A stretch of 64,000 nt of DNA, from positions 14,260,001 through 14,324,000 of the forward strand of contig OY740821.1 in NCBI GenBank assembly GCA_963514005.1, read 5' to 3'. This document shows positions 50,766-62,186 of the stretch, piece after piece. This stretch comes from Raja brachyura (lineage: Eukaryota). The notes under the pieces are model-generated. The model saw only the letters and a program-made list of their open reading frames with translations. It was not told the origin of the DNA and ran no database searches. Both the position numbers and the translations under genes were made by a program. Position 1 is the stretch's first letter; each line of letters opens with the position of its first letter.

Positions 50766-52587
50766 AACCTGGCGGTAAACACCCCACTGGCAAACAGTGG
50801 AGGCAGAAAAAGATGGAATCCAAATCGCTCGTGTATTTCCAGGACATGCAACCAATGAGCACTGCAACAATGCTGGAACCACACATTGCAAAACAGTTGG
50901 AAGCAGCAGTGGGAGAGATTAATATTGCATTCACAAACATCGCAAAGTATCTTCCTTTCAAGAAGGTCCAGACAATTGCCTTCAGATACATTGGAAAATT
51001 CATAGGGAATCTTTACAAGGCATTTCTCGTTCGTTCACGTGAATATTTTGAGGTGGAAAATGAACTAAGAAAGGCTGAGTCTATTGGATCCCAGAGATCT
51101 GAAGGTAATCTGGTTACTGAGGTGAAAGGTCTTCAAGAACACAGCTGTGCCCTCAAAACACGGGCAGAGTTAGCGGAATATCATTACAGGGAGGTGTCCA
51201 GCATGAACCGTGACCTGGAAAAAAACATCAAATATTTGAAGTCCAAAATTGAGCAGCTACAAAATGGTGGAAAAGTCACTGCTGATTTGCTAGCGAGCGC
51301 AAAGCAGGCGAGCAAAACAAGTAAAAGTAAAGCACTGGTGAAAAAATCAAAATATCACGCCAGTGAGGAGCCCAAAAGTATTATTTTTGACAGGCATGAT
51401 CGAACTACAGACCAAAGAGTTGTCCCAGGGGAAAACATTCCCATTGGAGAATCGGAGGAACAAAAGGCTGGCCCGGAAGTATCCAAGAAGGAAAACGTTC
51501 CCTTTGATGAACCTACAGGGGAAAGTATTCCCAAGGAACTTACCATTGGAAGGATAACTCCAATATTAACCAAATTCGAAACAGTGCTCAGTGAAGCAGT
51601 GAAGGGAAAAATGTTTAAATCCAACTCGAATGCAGGAAAGAAACAGAGAGCATGGGTTCAGAAAGAAGAATTGAAGACTCAAGCTCAGCAGATGGTTGTG
51701 GATTTGCTGACAGATTTTCAAACTGCTGTTTTGTATTCACTGGACCATGGGTTACGCAGTGGCAAAGACCTTGCACCAGATGATATCTGTAAGGTGCATG
51801 CTCTTCTCAAGTCTGAGGAGTTAAAGAATCTTTATGAAGTGATTGAGAAAACAATCAAAGAAATCTCAATGCAGAAGCTCAAACAGGAGCCAAAAGAGCA
51901 ACCTGTTCAAGATAGAAAGCCACCGGAAGAAAATTTGGCAGAGATGTCAAAGGAAAGGGAACCTGACTTTACCAATTTTGCTGAACTTCTCGAGGAAGTA
52001 TCCAGATTTGGAATTATTCATGAGATTGCCCTCGATGAATTGAGTGCCCAGGTTCAATATTTCATCGAAGAAGCAAAACAGGACCAGAGCTTGTCGCCGG
52101 AAGAAACACACTTCCATGAAAAGACCCTGCAAGCCTTGGACACAATTCTAACACTGGAGAAAATGTCCTCTCGGGCTGGAATGGATCAGTTAATTAGGAT
52201 TCGAGAGACAATCAGTAACATATATTCCAGCAACAGTGCCCTTGAGCTTAATAAAAAGGAAGTAAAACTGCAGGCAGAATGTTACGAGGAAGGGGTTTCT
52301 CTCCCTAAAACTCCACCAGCAACACCAGCAAAAATAATTCAACCCAGCGGAAATGTCCTCCAGGCTGCCGAAGGCGAGAAAGTAGTGGACTTGTCATATA
52401 TTGTGAACGTGACATATCTCCGATCAACCTGTAAAACCTTGGACCAAGCACTATGCGATGGCATCATTTCCAGACAACTCCATACCACCGCTACACACCT
52501 GATACACAAGACGCTATCAATAATTCAGCTCCGACTGGCTTATCTGTTTCGAAAGTACATGGCTTTCCGACAGATCGAAATCTTCAG
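50766..52587 (+). CDS. FAM186-family exon 4 (large exon)
   Basis: ttccag|AA CCT ... TTC AG|gtaaag (phase 1/2), open over 1822 bp; coiled-coil; QLHTTATHLI..LAYLFRKYMAFRQI resembles the FAM186A C-terminal domain. Confidence 0.88.
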
Positions 52588-53012
52588 GTAAAGATTAGCT
52601 GTTATTATTTTGACAATACATTATGAAATTAAGGGGGGGGGGGGGGGTAGGAACAACATAAATGTCTGTACATATACTCATGCCAGGCAGCATCTGTGGA
52701 GGAGAAAGGACCGAAGGCTGGGACCCTTCTTCAGTCTCTAAATGTCATCAGTCCTTTTCCCTCTGCTGATGCTACCTGTCCTGCTGAGCTCCACTAGCAC
52801 TGATTTGTGCTCATGATTGCAATCTCTCATCTCTCCATATTCCAGAACTATCACCCTCGCAGGGAGAAGCAAGGATACCCAGTTAGGCCTTGTGATTTCG
52901 GCCAAGAAAGTAGCTCTGAACAATTCAATCAGAATATGTGCCATAGAGACACTTAAAGCAAGGGACAAAATGTGTTTATTCATCTCTTTAATGTGATTAT
53001 TTCTCTCTTCAG

Positions 53013-53202
53013 GAAGTACTTGAACAGCAGGTTGTTGGATCTAAGCAATAAGGATGATGAAGTTCCTAAGGCGCTGTACAGATTTGCCAGCAGACTCAAA
53101 ACACGTTTAATATCCACCATGCAACACTGGGAAACAAGACAGCAATTGATTAACCAGAGTCGCCAAAGACACTTGAGTCAAATGATCAATGTATTCAGTC
53201 AG
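53013..53202 (+). CDS. FAM186-family exon 5
   Basis: ctcttcag|G AAG ... CAG|gtaggt (phase 2/0); MQHWETRQQLINQSRQRHLSQMINVFSQ. Confidence 0.85.
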
Positions 53203-53344
53203 GTAGGTGCAGATTTCTGGATGTACATTTTGAATAAAGGCAGAGGACACTGGGAATACTCAGTATCCGTGGACTGAGAAACGGTGTTTCATTTGATGAT
53301 CTTTCATCACAACTGAGAGAAATGTGAGATAAACAAGTTTTAAG

Positions 53345-53820
53345 AGGCTTTGGAGAGGGTGCAATGTAGGTTTATCAGAATGTTGCCTGGATTAGTGAGT
53401 ATTATCTATAGGGAGAGGTTGGACAAACTTGGATTGTTTTCCCTGGAACGTCAGAGAAGAAAGGGGAGGCCTGATAGAGATATATAAAAATTATGAGTCA
53501 TAGGCAGGGTAGACAGTCAGAACCTTTACCCCAGGGTGGAAATGTCAAACACTTGAGCTTTAAGGCGAGAGGGGCAAAATTGGAAGGACATGTTTACACA
53601 GGTGGTGGATGCCTGGACGCGCTGCCAGGGATGGTGATGGTCTGATGGAGGCAGCTACGATAGTGGCATTTAAGAGCCTTTTGGATAGGCACGTGGATAT
53701 GCAGGGAATGGAGGGATATGGATCACGTGCAGGCAAAAGAGATTAGTTTAACTTGGCGCCATGTTCAGTGTGGCCATATTGTGGGGCAAAGGGCCTGTTC
53801 CTGTGCTACACATCTATGCT
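53345..53820 (+). mobile_element. Old CR1 3' fragment lying between two halves of an older Penelope-derived palindrome
   Basis: ttggagagggtgca..ggagaggttggacaaacttgg..aagggcctgttcctgtgct; flanked by tttcatca (53302) and ctgatgaaaggtc (53833). Confidence 0.7.
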
Positions 53821-54113
53821 ACTGAGAAATTCTGATGAAAGGTCATCAACTTGAAACATTGTCCCCAAGGGCTTGAGGCCATATAATCATTTGAATTATA
53901 TTTGAAAATATGATTACATATTTAAAAATATGATGATGATTATGATTATGATCATGAAAGATATGTGTTGTCAAGTTATAGATGTGTATGCACATGTTGA
54001 TCACAAAGCATTAAGGACATGCATGCCTACTTCTCTGTTCGTGCCCCTGTTCCACCATGGAGAAATTAATTCAGCAGATTTGAAAGGTCGTGATCAATAT
54101 AAATAAATCCATT

Positions 54114-57024
54114 ACATAGAAATTAGGTGCAGGAGTAGGCCATTCGGCCCTTCGAGCCTGCACCGCCATTCAATATGATCATGGCTGATCATCCAACTCA
54201 GTATCCCGTACCTGCCTTCTCTCCATACTCTCTGATCCCCTTAGCCACAAGGGCCACATCTAACTCCCTCTTAAATATAGCCAATGAACTGGCCTCAACT
54301 ACCCTCTGTGGCAGAGAGTTCCAGTGACCCACCACTCTCTGTGTGAAAAAAGTCCTTCTCATCTCGGTCCTAAAGGATTTCCCCCTTATCCTTAAGCTGT
54401 GACTCCTTGTCCTGGACCTCCCCAACATTGGGAACAATCTTCCTGCATCTAGCCTGTCCAACCCCTTAAGAATTTTGTAAGTTTCTATAAGATCCCCTCT
54501 CAATCTCCTAAATTCTAGAGAGTATAAACCGAGTCTATCCAGTCTTTCTTCATAAGACAGTCCTGACATCCCAGGAATCAGTCTGGTGAACGTTCTCTGC
54601 ACTCCCTCTATGGCAATAATGTCCTTCCTCAGATTTGGAGACCAGAACTGTACGCAATACTCCAGGTGTGGTCTCACCAAGACCCTATACAACTGAAGTA
54701 GAACCTCCCTGCTCCTATACTCAAATCCTTTTGCTATGAAAGCTAACATACCATTCGCTTTCTTCACTGCCTGCTGCACCTGCATGCCTACTTTCAATGA
54801 CTGGTGTACCATGACACCCAGGTCACGCTGCATCTCCCCTTTTCCTAATCGGCCACCATTTAGATAATAGTCTGCTTTCCTGTTTTTGCCACCAAAGTGG
54901 ATAACCTCACATTTATCCACATTATACTGCATCTGCCAAACATTTGCCCACTCACCCAGCCTATCCAAGTCACCTTGCAGTCTCCTAGCATCCTCCTCAC
55001 AACTAACACTGCCCCCCAGCTTAGTGTCATCCGCAAACTTGGAGATATTGCCTTCAATTCCCTCATCCAGATCATTAACGTATATTGTAAATAGCTGGGG
55101 TCCCAGCACTGAGCCTTGCGGTACCCCACTAGTCACTGCCTGCCATCGTGAAAAGGACCCGTTTACTCCTACTCTTTGCTTCCTGTTTGCCAGCCAGTTC
55201 TCTATCCACATCAATACTGAAGCCCCAATGCCGTATGCTTTAAGTTTGTATACTAATCTCTTATGTGGGACCTTGTCGAAAGCCTTCTGGAAGTCCAGAT
55301 ACACCATATCCACTGGTTCTCCCTTATCCACGCTACTAGTTACATCCTCGAAAAATTCCACAAGATTCGTCAGACATGATTTGCCTTTCGTAAATCCATG
55401 CTGACTTTGTCCAATGATTTCACCACTTTCCAAATGTGCTGCTATCCCATCTTTAATAACTGACTCTAGCAGTTTCCCCACTACCGAATGTTAGACTAAC
55501 TGGTCTGTAATTCCCCGTTTTTTCTCTCCCTCCCTTCTTAAAAAGAGGGGTTACGTTTGCTACCCGCCAATCCTCAGGAACTACTCCAGAATCTAAAGAG
55601 TTTTGAAAGATTATCACTAATGCATCCACTATTTCCGGAGCTACTTCCTTAAGTACTCTGGGATGCAGCCTATCTGGCCCTGGGGATTTATCGGCCTTTA
55701 ATCCATTCAATTTATCCAACACCACTTCCCGACTAACCTGGATTTCACTCAATTCCTCCTTTGACCCGCGGTCCCCTGCTATTTCCGGCAGATTATTTAT
55801 GTCTTCCTTAGTGAAGACGGAACCAAAGTAGTTATTCAATTGGTCCGCCATATCCTTGTTCCCCATGATCAACTCACCTGTTTCTGACTGCAAGGGACCT
55901 ACATTTGTTTTAACTAATCTCTTTCTCTTCACATACCTATAAAAACCTTTGCAGTCAGTTTTTATGTTCCCTGCCAGTTTTCTTTCATAATCTATTTTCC
56001 CTTTCCTGATCAAGCCCTTTGTCCTCCTCTGCTGATCTCTGAATTTCTCCCAGTCCTCTGGTATGCTGCTTTTTCTGGCTACTTTGTACGCATCATCCTT
56101 TGCTTTGATCCTATCCCTGATTTCCCTTGTTATCAACAGATGCACTACCTTCCCTGATTTATTCTTTTGCCAAACTGGGATGAACAATTTTTGTAGTTCA
56201 TCCATGCAGTCTTTAAATGTCTTCCATTGCGTATCCACCGTCAACCCTTTTAGAATTGATTGCCAGTCAATCTTGGCCAATTCACGTCTCATACCCTCAA
56301 AGTTACCTTTCTTTAAGTTCAGAACCATTGTTTCTGAATTAACAATGTCACTCTCCATCCTAATGAAGAACTCGACCATATTATGGTCACTCTTGCCCAA
56401 GGGGGCACGCACAACAAGACTGCTAACTAACCCTTCCTCATTACTCAATCCCCAGTCTAAAATAGCCTGCTCTCTCGTTGGTTCCTCTACATGTTGATTT
56501 AGATAACTATCCCGCATACATTCCAAAAAATCCTCTTCCTCAGTGCCCCTGCCAATTTGATTCACCCAATCTATATGTAGATTGAAGTCACCCATTATAA
56601 CTGTTTTGCCTTTGTCGCACGCATTTCTAATTTCCTGTTTGATACCATCCCCAACTTCACTACCACTGTTAGGTGGCCTGTACACAACACCCACCAGAGT
56701 TTTCTGCCCCTTAGTGTTTCGCAACTCTACCCATACCGATTCCACATCCTCCAAGCTAATGTCCTTCCTTTCCATTGCGTTAATCTCCTCTATAACCAGC
56801 AACGCTACCCCACCTCCTTTTCCTTTCTCTCTATCCCTCCTGAATATTGAATATCCCTGGATGTTCAGCTCCCAGCCTTGGTCACCCTAGAGCCATGTCT
56901 CCGTGATCCCAACTATATCATAATCATTAATAGCTATCCGCACGTTCAACTCATCCACCTTATTACGAATACTCCTTGCATTGAGACACAAAGCCTTCAG
57001 GCTTGTTTTTACAACGCTCTTACC
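54114..57024 (-). mobile_element. Young CR1 LINE with near-complete ORF2 (APE endonuclease + RT)
   Basis: NARSIRNK..GITETW, GVVYRPP, MGDFN, SDHN, YLDFQKAFDKV, PQGSVLGP, KFADD; nonsense codon at 56887-56889 and a frameshift near 55485; ccatt at both ends. Confidence 0.95.
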
Positions 57025-57051
57025 CCATTTACCATTGTATTCCTTTGAAAG

Positions 57052-57230
57052 GTTAAACACTACACGGGCCTAGTGTTGCTCAGTCCATTTCTGGCCACCA
57101 GATCACCAGACACAAAGATGCGGAAGCAGTTTGGACCCCCGTTCCAGCCAACACTAGTGGTGGCATCTGAGAGGCCGTGTTGTCCTCATGGTCAAGGCAA
57201 TGGTACCCCGTCCACTTTACTCAGAACAAG
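57052..57230 (+). CDS. FAM186-family exon 6
   Basis: tcctttgaaag|GTT AAA ... ACA AG|gtagga (phase 0/2); VKHYTGLVLLSPF...; bridges the phases of exons 5 and 7. Not in the ORF track. Confidence 0.75.
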
Positions 57231-58187
57231 GTAGGAATTCAGCATTCCAAATTCAGAGAATTTCAGGTTCAATTCGGTATTCCTTGTAGGCAAAGCAGAG
57301 TCTGTCAGGGCACTTGGAGCTGTCCGTTGGCAATTATTGATAAACTGTAAGGTTTAATCAATCCTTGCTTCATGCTCTGGAGGCAGTTTACAATATTCAC
57401 TATATTTTATGCTTTTTACTTGGTTTGCTACCTCTGAGAATTCTTCAGTGAGATTGACTGTTGGATGATTCAGGGATTCCCCAAGAACAAAGAATACATT
57501 TTATGAGTTTAAAATATAATATTTCCATATTGAAATCTATAATATTTTGAAATGTTAATCTGATGAAATTGCAATTCCTACACATAAAGTATAATGTTCA
57601 GAGAGCTAACGAATCGATATCAGGGTTGCTCTGCCATTTCAAACTTAGTTATGTAGGATGACGTACAGTGAGAACACTTCCTACATAACTAAATGTGTAG
57701 GAAGGAACTGCAGATGCTGGTGTAAGCCGAAGATAGACACAGAAGCTGGAGTAACTCAGCGGGGCAGAGATGCTGCCGGTCCCGCTGAGTAACTCCCTTT
57801 GTTCTTCTTGACCTCGGCCACCAGGGACTCCGACCTCATGTTCCATGTTGGATGGAGGCGTAGGCTCAAGGGGCCAAATCCTGCCCCTTTTACATTATTT
57901 AATTACTCATCTGGAGCATTGAACTGACAAGACCCAATTATATGTATCGGGTAGTCCTTGAAAAAGGTGATATTCAGTCTTGGGTCAGGGTTTGGATTGG
58001 ACATGGTTCGGATGCATTAGGCTCAGCTGTGGGTGGGTTGGGTTTAGATTGGCTAAAGTTGGGTCAAGTTTGGATTTGCCATGATCGCATTCAGATCGAC
58101 CATATTGGGTTTAGGTTTTAATTTGTATCCCCAAGCGGACTCGCAGCTGCACTCACTCCATTAATAATTCCTCCTATGTTTTGTCAG

Positions 58188-58301
58188 GAACACCCATTTA
58201 TGGTCAACAAATATTGTGGATGGAAGTTTTCCAATTGCCAAGAAGGACCCTGCTACCCCGGTTATGTTTCCAGCGACTCCTAAATTAGTGACAATGGATG
58301 G
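58188..58301 (+). CDS. FAM186-family exon 7
   Basis: ttgtcag|G AAC ... GAT GG|gtaaga (phase 2/2); LWSTNIVDGSFPIAKK..FPATPKLVTMD resembles FAM186A IWNVDLSTSSYPIAEK..YPDIPRLLQLE as recalled. Confidence 0.78.
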
Positions 58302-58450
58302 GTAAGAGTTCCAGTTTGCCATCCTTTATCCTCTAGACGCTGTTCACTGGCTCTTACTTTTGAAAGGAGATTTCAGTGAAGAAACTGAGAAATGTAAAGT
58401 GTTACATTTCTGATTGAAAGAATGAGAAAAGATAATATCACTGCAGGGTA

Positions 58451-58817
58451 CAGGCCATCTCTGCGTTACAAATGTCTAACTTACAGATACCCGTCCATAT
58501 GAAGGAGCTCCCATAATATTATTAAACTCAAAAGGTGTTATTAAACTCAAATTATTAAACTAAAAAAACTCAACTTCCACTCCAACATACAGAATGTACA
58601 AATATTCATTTCTATGAATGGCAGATGTAGTTTCCTCTCTTTCTTCACTTCTTGTGATTTTTCTAATCAATCTTGTGTACTTTTGATGGCATTCTTTACA
58701 TTACTGTGGAGGTATGGTTACCATATCGCGTGATTTTTGTGTATTTTCCACTGACGGACAAAATTGACTTATGGCCATTTGCAAAAATGGAACCCTTTGT
58801 TACCCGGGGGTGCCCCC
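58451..58817. mobile_element. Tc1/mariner (Tigger/pogo-like) MITE inserted in an old CR1 fragment
   Basis: Degenerate TIRs caggccatctctgcgttacaaa and tttgttacccgggggtgccccc, flanked by TA. Confidence 0.5.
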
Positions 58818-59867
58818 TACAATTCTCAAAAGGGAACAAGAGCAGAGAGGTCTGGGGATAAATCTGCATATTTTGTTCAAAAAGTCATGAAGAGAGGTAT
58901 AAAGTACATGAGCAAGGAAGCAACTATGAACCTTTATAAAGCACTGGTTCAGCCACTGAGTTTACAAAATAAATCGGGTTTGCAGATTCTCTGTTCAAAG
59001 GCTTGATGACTGTTTATGTTAATTGGATTCCAGTTCTGTTTGCATCAGGTATTGGACCCATCAGTAACATTTGCAGAGAGCAAATGTTCGATTTGTGGTT
59101 TGAAAAATATCTCAACATAGTAGCAAGTTAGTCCCCAGACATGGCCTGCATTTACACATGTTTCACACCAGTTAAGCGAGCAAACTGTCCACTGATCCCC
59201 TTGGATTTTAGCAGATTAATTGACATTGGGGATTTTAAATATTAATCTTGGTGTCCCCTAAGCCATTGAGTGGCAGTTTGGTTGATTATCATACATTTCT
59301 GTCATAAATCAGAAACCACTTCTCACTCTTTTTCGATTTGGAAGTTTGTAGTTTCTAGGAGCAGAATTAGGCCATTCTGCCCATCAGGTCTACCCCACCA
59401 TTCAATCATGGCTGATCTATCTTTCCCTCACAACCCCATTCACCTGCCTTCTCTCCATATCCTGACACCTGTAAGTAGTTGCCTACTATGATCTGGTTGT
59501 TCACGGGATGTGGGAGTCACCAACAATGACAATATTTATTGTTCATTCCTAAATAACCCTGAACCAAGGGGACAATTAAGAGTCAACCACATTGGTGGAT
59601 CTGGAGTCATAAACAGACCAGACCAGGTAATGATGGCTGATTCCCTCCCCTGAGACCCAGATAGATTTTATGACAGTGATCGTTTTGTGGTTACTGTCAA
59701 TGAGACATTTCACTTTTTTTTAAATTTAATTAGTTGAATTTAAATTCTCTCCCCAACTGTCATGGTGGGATGTGAACTGACATCTGTGGATCAATGGCCC
59801 AGAACTCTGGATGCTAATCCAATAACTTAATCAGTACACTGCTATACCCAATATTTAAAAGTGACCT

Positions 59868-59921
59868 GGGGTGGGAGATTGCAACCTTCACGTGGTCCGC
59901 CCTGTTTCAACGAATGCAATC
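59868..59921 (+). ncRNA. Minimal HDV-like ribozyme (predicted), sense in FAM186 intron 7
   Basis: P1 GGGGUGG/CCGCCCU, P2 GAUUGCA/UGCAAUC, P3 ACC/GGU, L3 UUCACGU, GU-UUCAA-CGAA. Confidence 0.8.
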
Positions 59922-60007
59922 AACCTGGTGTGCACCATCAAATAAGATCAACTAGAACAAGTTGTCCTACAACTTTAAGCTGTGCACACCATACGCAAGA
60001 AGAAGAA
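59868..60007 (+). mobile_element. ~140-nt ribozyme-headed retroposon, copy 2
   Basis: (GAA)n tail; degenerate TSD aaaagtgacct/aaaactcacct. Confidence 0.88.
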
Positions 60008-60058
60008 AACTCACCTCTGCAATTTTGCTTCAATCATTTTCACTATTTTCTTTGGCAG

Positions 60059-60242
60059 AAAGAATTCTTTTCGGCAAATGGTGACGAACACGCAAATGAG
60101 TATTGTGGGAGAGAGCCTACACACACCAACAAAGAGCCTTCCTATCCCGTTGGAATCATATGTCCCACTGTTCTTGGACAAAAATATGGCCTTTGCCATC
60201 GCCACATCTTCAAACAGGTTTAATTTCTTTCAGCAGGCGTAA
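60059..60242 (+). CDS. FAM186-family exon 8 (terminal)
   Basis: Long pyrimidine tract, tttggcag|A AAG AAT (phase 2); KNSFRQMV...FQQA*. Total CDS 3021 nt = 1006 aa. Confidence 0.72.
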
Positions 60243-60329
60243 ATATGTTGCTGCAATGACAGTTGGGCTTCCCTATAGGAGTCGTGCTTCTGGTTCTATT
60301 TTTGTTCTCTGTAATGTTTTCCTTGTTTA

Positions 60330-60335
60330 AATAAA
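60330..60335 (+). terminator. Polyadenylation signal of the FAM186-family gene
   Basis: AATAAA about 90 nt after the stop codon. Confidence 0.6.
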
Positions 60336-60699
60336 ATCAAGATAACATCAACAGATTTCAGTTCCTTATTTCAGCTCTTTCACAATGGTGATGGCTAACA
60401 ATTGTGAATATTGGAGCGTGATATTTGCATCTGTTCTGCCATTTGCAAACCAGCTTTACATCAGGCAATGGGTCCCTCATGCACATGCGTGTAAGGAGCG
60501 AGCTCAGTATCTGTTCCAGCCAGGTTCCCAAGTGTTGTTTTTCAAATCAAACCCCGATAATACGTTGATCTGCAATTCTGGCCTCTATTTTATCCTATCA
60601 TGCTGGTTAAACAGATGCAAAAATCCAACGGAACCCCTTGGGTTTTAGCAGGTTAATTGACATTGGGAAATTGAAGTATTAGTATGTGTAAATATTAGG

Positions 60700-60826
60700 A
60701 GATACAAGGAAGCACAATGCTGGTTAACCAAAAAGACACAAAGTGCTGGAATAACTCAGCAGGTCAGGCAGCATTTCTTGAGAACATAGATAGATGACGT
60801 TTCGGGTTGGGACCCTTCTTCAGTCT
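60700..60826 (-). mobile_element. Penelope-derived element with intact minimal hammerhead core
   Basis: Minus strand reads CTGAAGA A GGGT CCCA ACCC GAAAC GTC A at 60823-60795. Confidence 0.7.
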
Positions 60827-61351
60827 AAAGAAATGGTCTAATTATGAGATTAATAGATAAGGTCTTTTGCCCAGATTAAGGGAATCGAGAACCTGTACGT
60901 CTTTGGAATGTGGGAGGAAACCGAAGATTTTTTATTAATTTTCAAATATGATTTTCATTTTAATACTTTTTTTCGTATAAATATTTTTAAAATGTTTCCA
61001 ATGAATAGTGGTTCCTGGTTCGGTTGGGAGTTTGTCACTAATCAATGTGATACTCCTGCAGACTAGAAATAGAGTACACAAGTAATAAATCAGTAGGATA
61101 ATGGAAAGTTGAGGTTAAATATTTTCACCCAGATACTGGTGGGGGTTTGATATAGAATACACTCATTATATTTAAAAAGTACCTGAACGAACACTTACTG
61201 TGCTGTGACCTTGATTGAGATCTGGGCAATGGGATGAGGCTGGGCTGGATACCTTTTACAAGCAGCCGGCACTTACGTCGTGGGCCTAATGGCTCCCTCG
61301 GTGACTCAACTCCTACGATTCTATGATTACCTTTAGAATGGCGACAAGGAG

Positions 61352-61465
61352 GGGGTAGAAGATTGCAACCTTCACGTGTTTCGACGAATGCACAATCAAA
61401 TAAGATCAAATAGAACAAGTTGTCCTACAACTTTAGGCTGTGCACGCCATAGGCAAGAAGAAGAA
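61352..61465 (+). mobile_element. Ribozyme-headed retroposon, copy 3 (two internal deletions)
   Basis: Perfect TSD ggcgacaaggag at 61340-61351 and 61466-61477; (GAA)n tail. Confidence 0.88.
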
Positions 61466-61719
61466 GGCGACAAGGAGGAATTTCTTTATCCAGTGAATAT
61501 GTGGAAACCATTGCCACAGACAGCAGCGGAGGTCAAGTCATTGGGTATTTTTAAGGTGGAGGTTGATAGGCTCTTGATGAATAAGGGTGTCAAAAGTCAC
61601 AGGGAGATAGGGTTGAGAGGGAAAGATAGATCAGCCATGATTGAATGGCGGAGTAGACTCGATGGGCCGAATGGCCTAATCCTGCTCCTACGTCCTATGA
61701 TTATATGGAGAAAACGCAG

Positions 61720-62186
61720 CAATTCGGCCACAGCCCAGCAAGTGGCGTATCCGCGCTAAATATCTTGTCTCTGGTGAAATATCGCAATTCTTTAGGGGGC
61801 ACTGTCGTCAGAGGAGGACCTCAGGGGCCAAATGACAGGGGGTGCTAATGTTCCCCCAGCGCCCCCACAGCCTCGGAGGACCAGTAAGGAGCGCTCGAGG
61901 TTCGACAGTTTCCGACCGAGGTTCGCCAGTGACACCTTAGCGCCCCCCGCAGGCTGGATGACCGCAAGGGTCCTGGGCTCAGACGCGCTGAGGTCATTTG
62001 CTGGTGCGTGGCTTCAAAACTCGAGGCAGCGCCGTCAGTCTGGGAAATTGGAACAGGCGCAGTGGCGGCAGGTGCGTTGTTCGACCTGTGTGTGAGAACG
62101 ATTTTTTTTAAATTTGCCGGAAGAGCTCACCTTTGCTTGACATTTGAAAAAAAACACTCAGCAGAAGAACGCCCGATAAGGTGAGG
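61720..62186 (+). promoter_or_regulatory. CpG-rich promoter and probable non-coding first exon of the next plus-strand gene, with CTCF-like motifs
   Basis: CpG enrichment, ETS gccggaag near 62116, ZNF143-like tctgggaaat near 62039, strong donor AAG|gtgagg at 62180. Confidence 0.55.

Noticed and set aside
54886-56890. Plus-strand ORFs antisense to CR1 ORF2
   Set aside because: Shadow frames of the retrotransposon coding strand
57975-58120. Telomere-like GGGTT-rich tract
   Set aside because: Highly degenerate 5-mer low-complexity sequence without TTAGGG periodicity
58188-58283. Direct exon 5 to exon 7 splice ending the FAM186 protein at 58283
   Set aside because: That frame shows no family similarity; including exon 6 restores the FAM186-like frame
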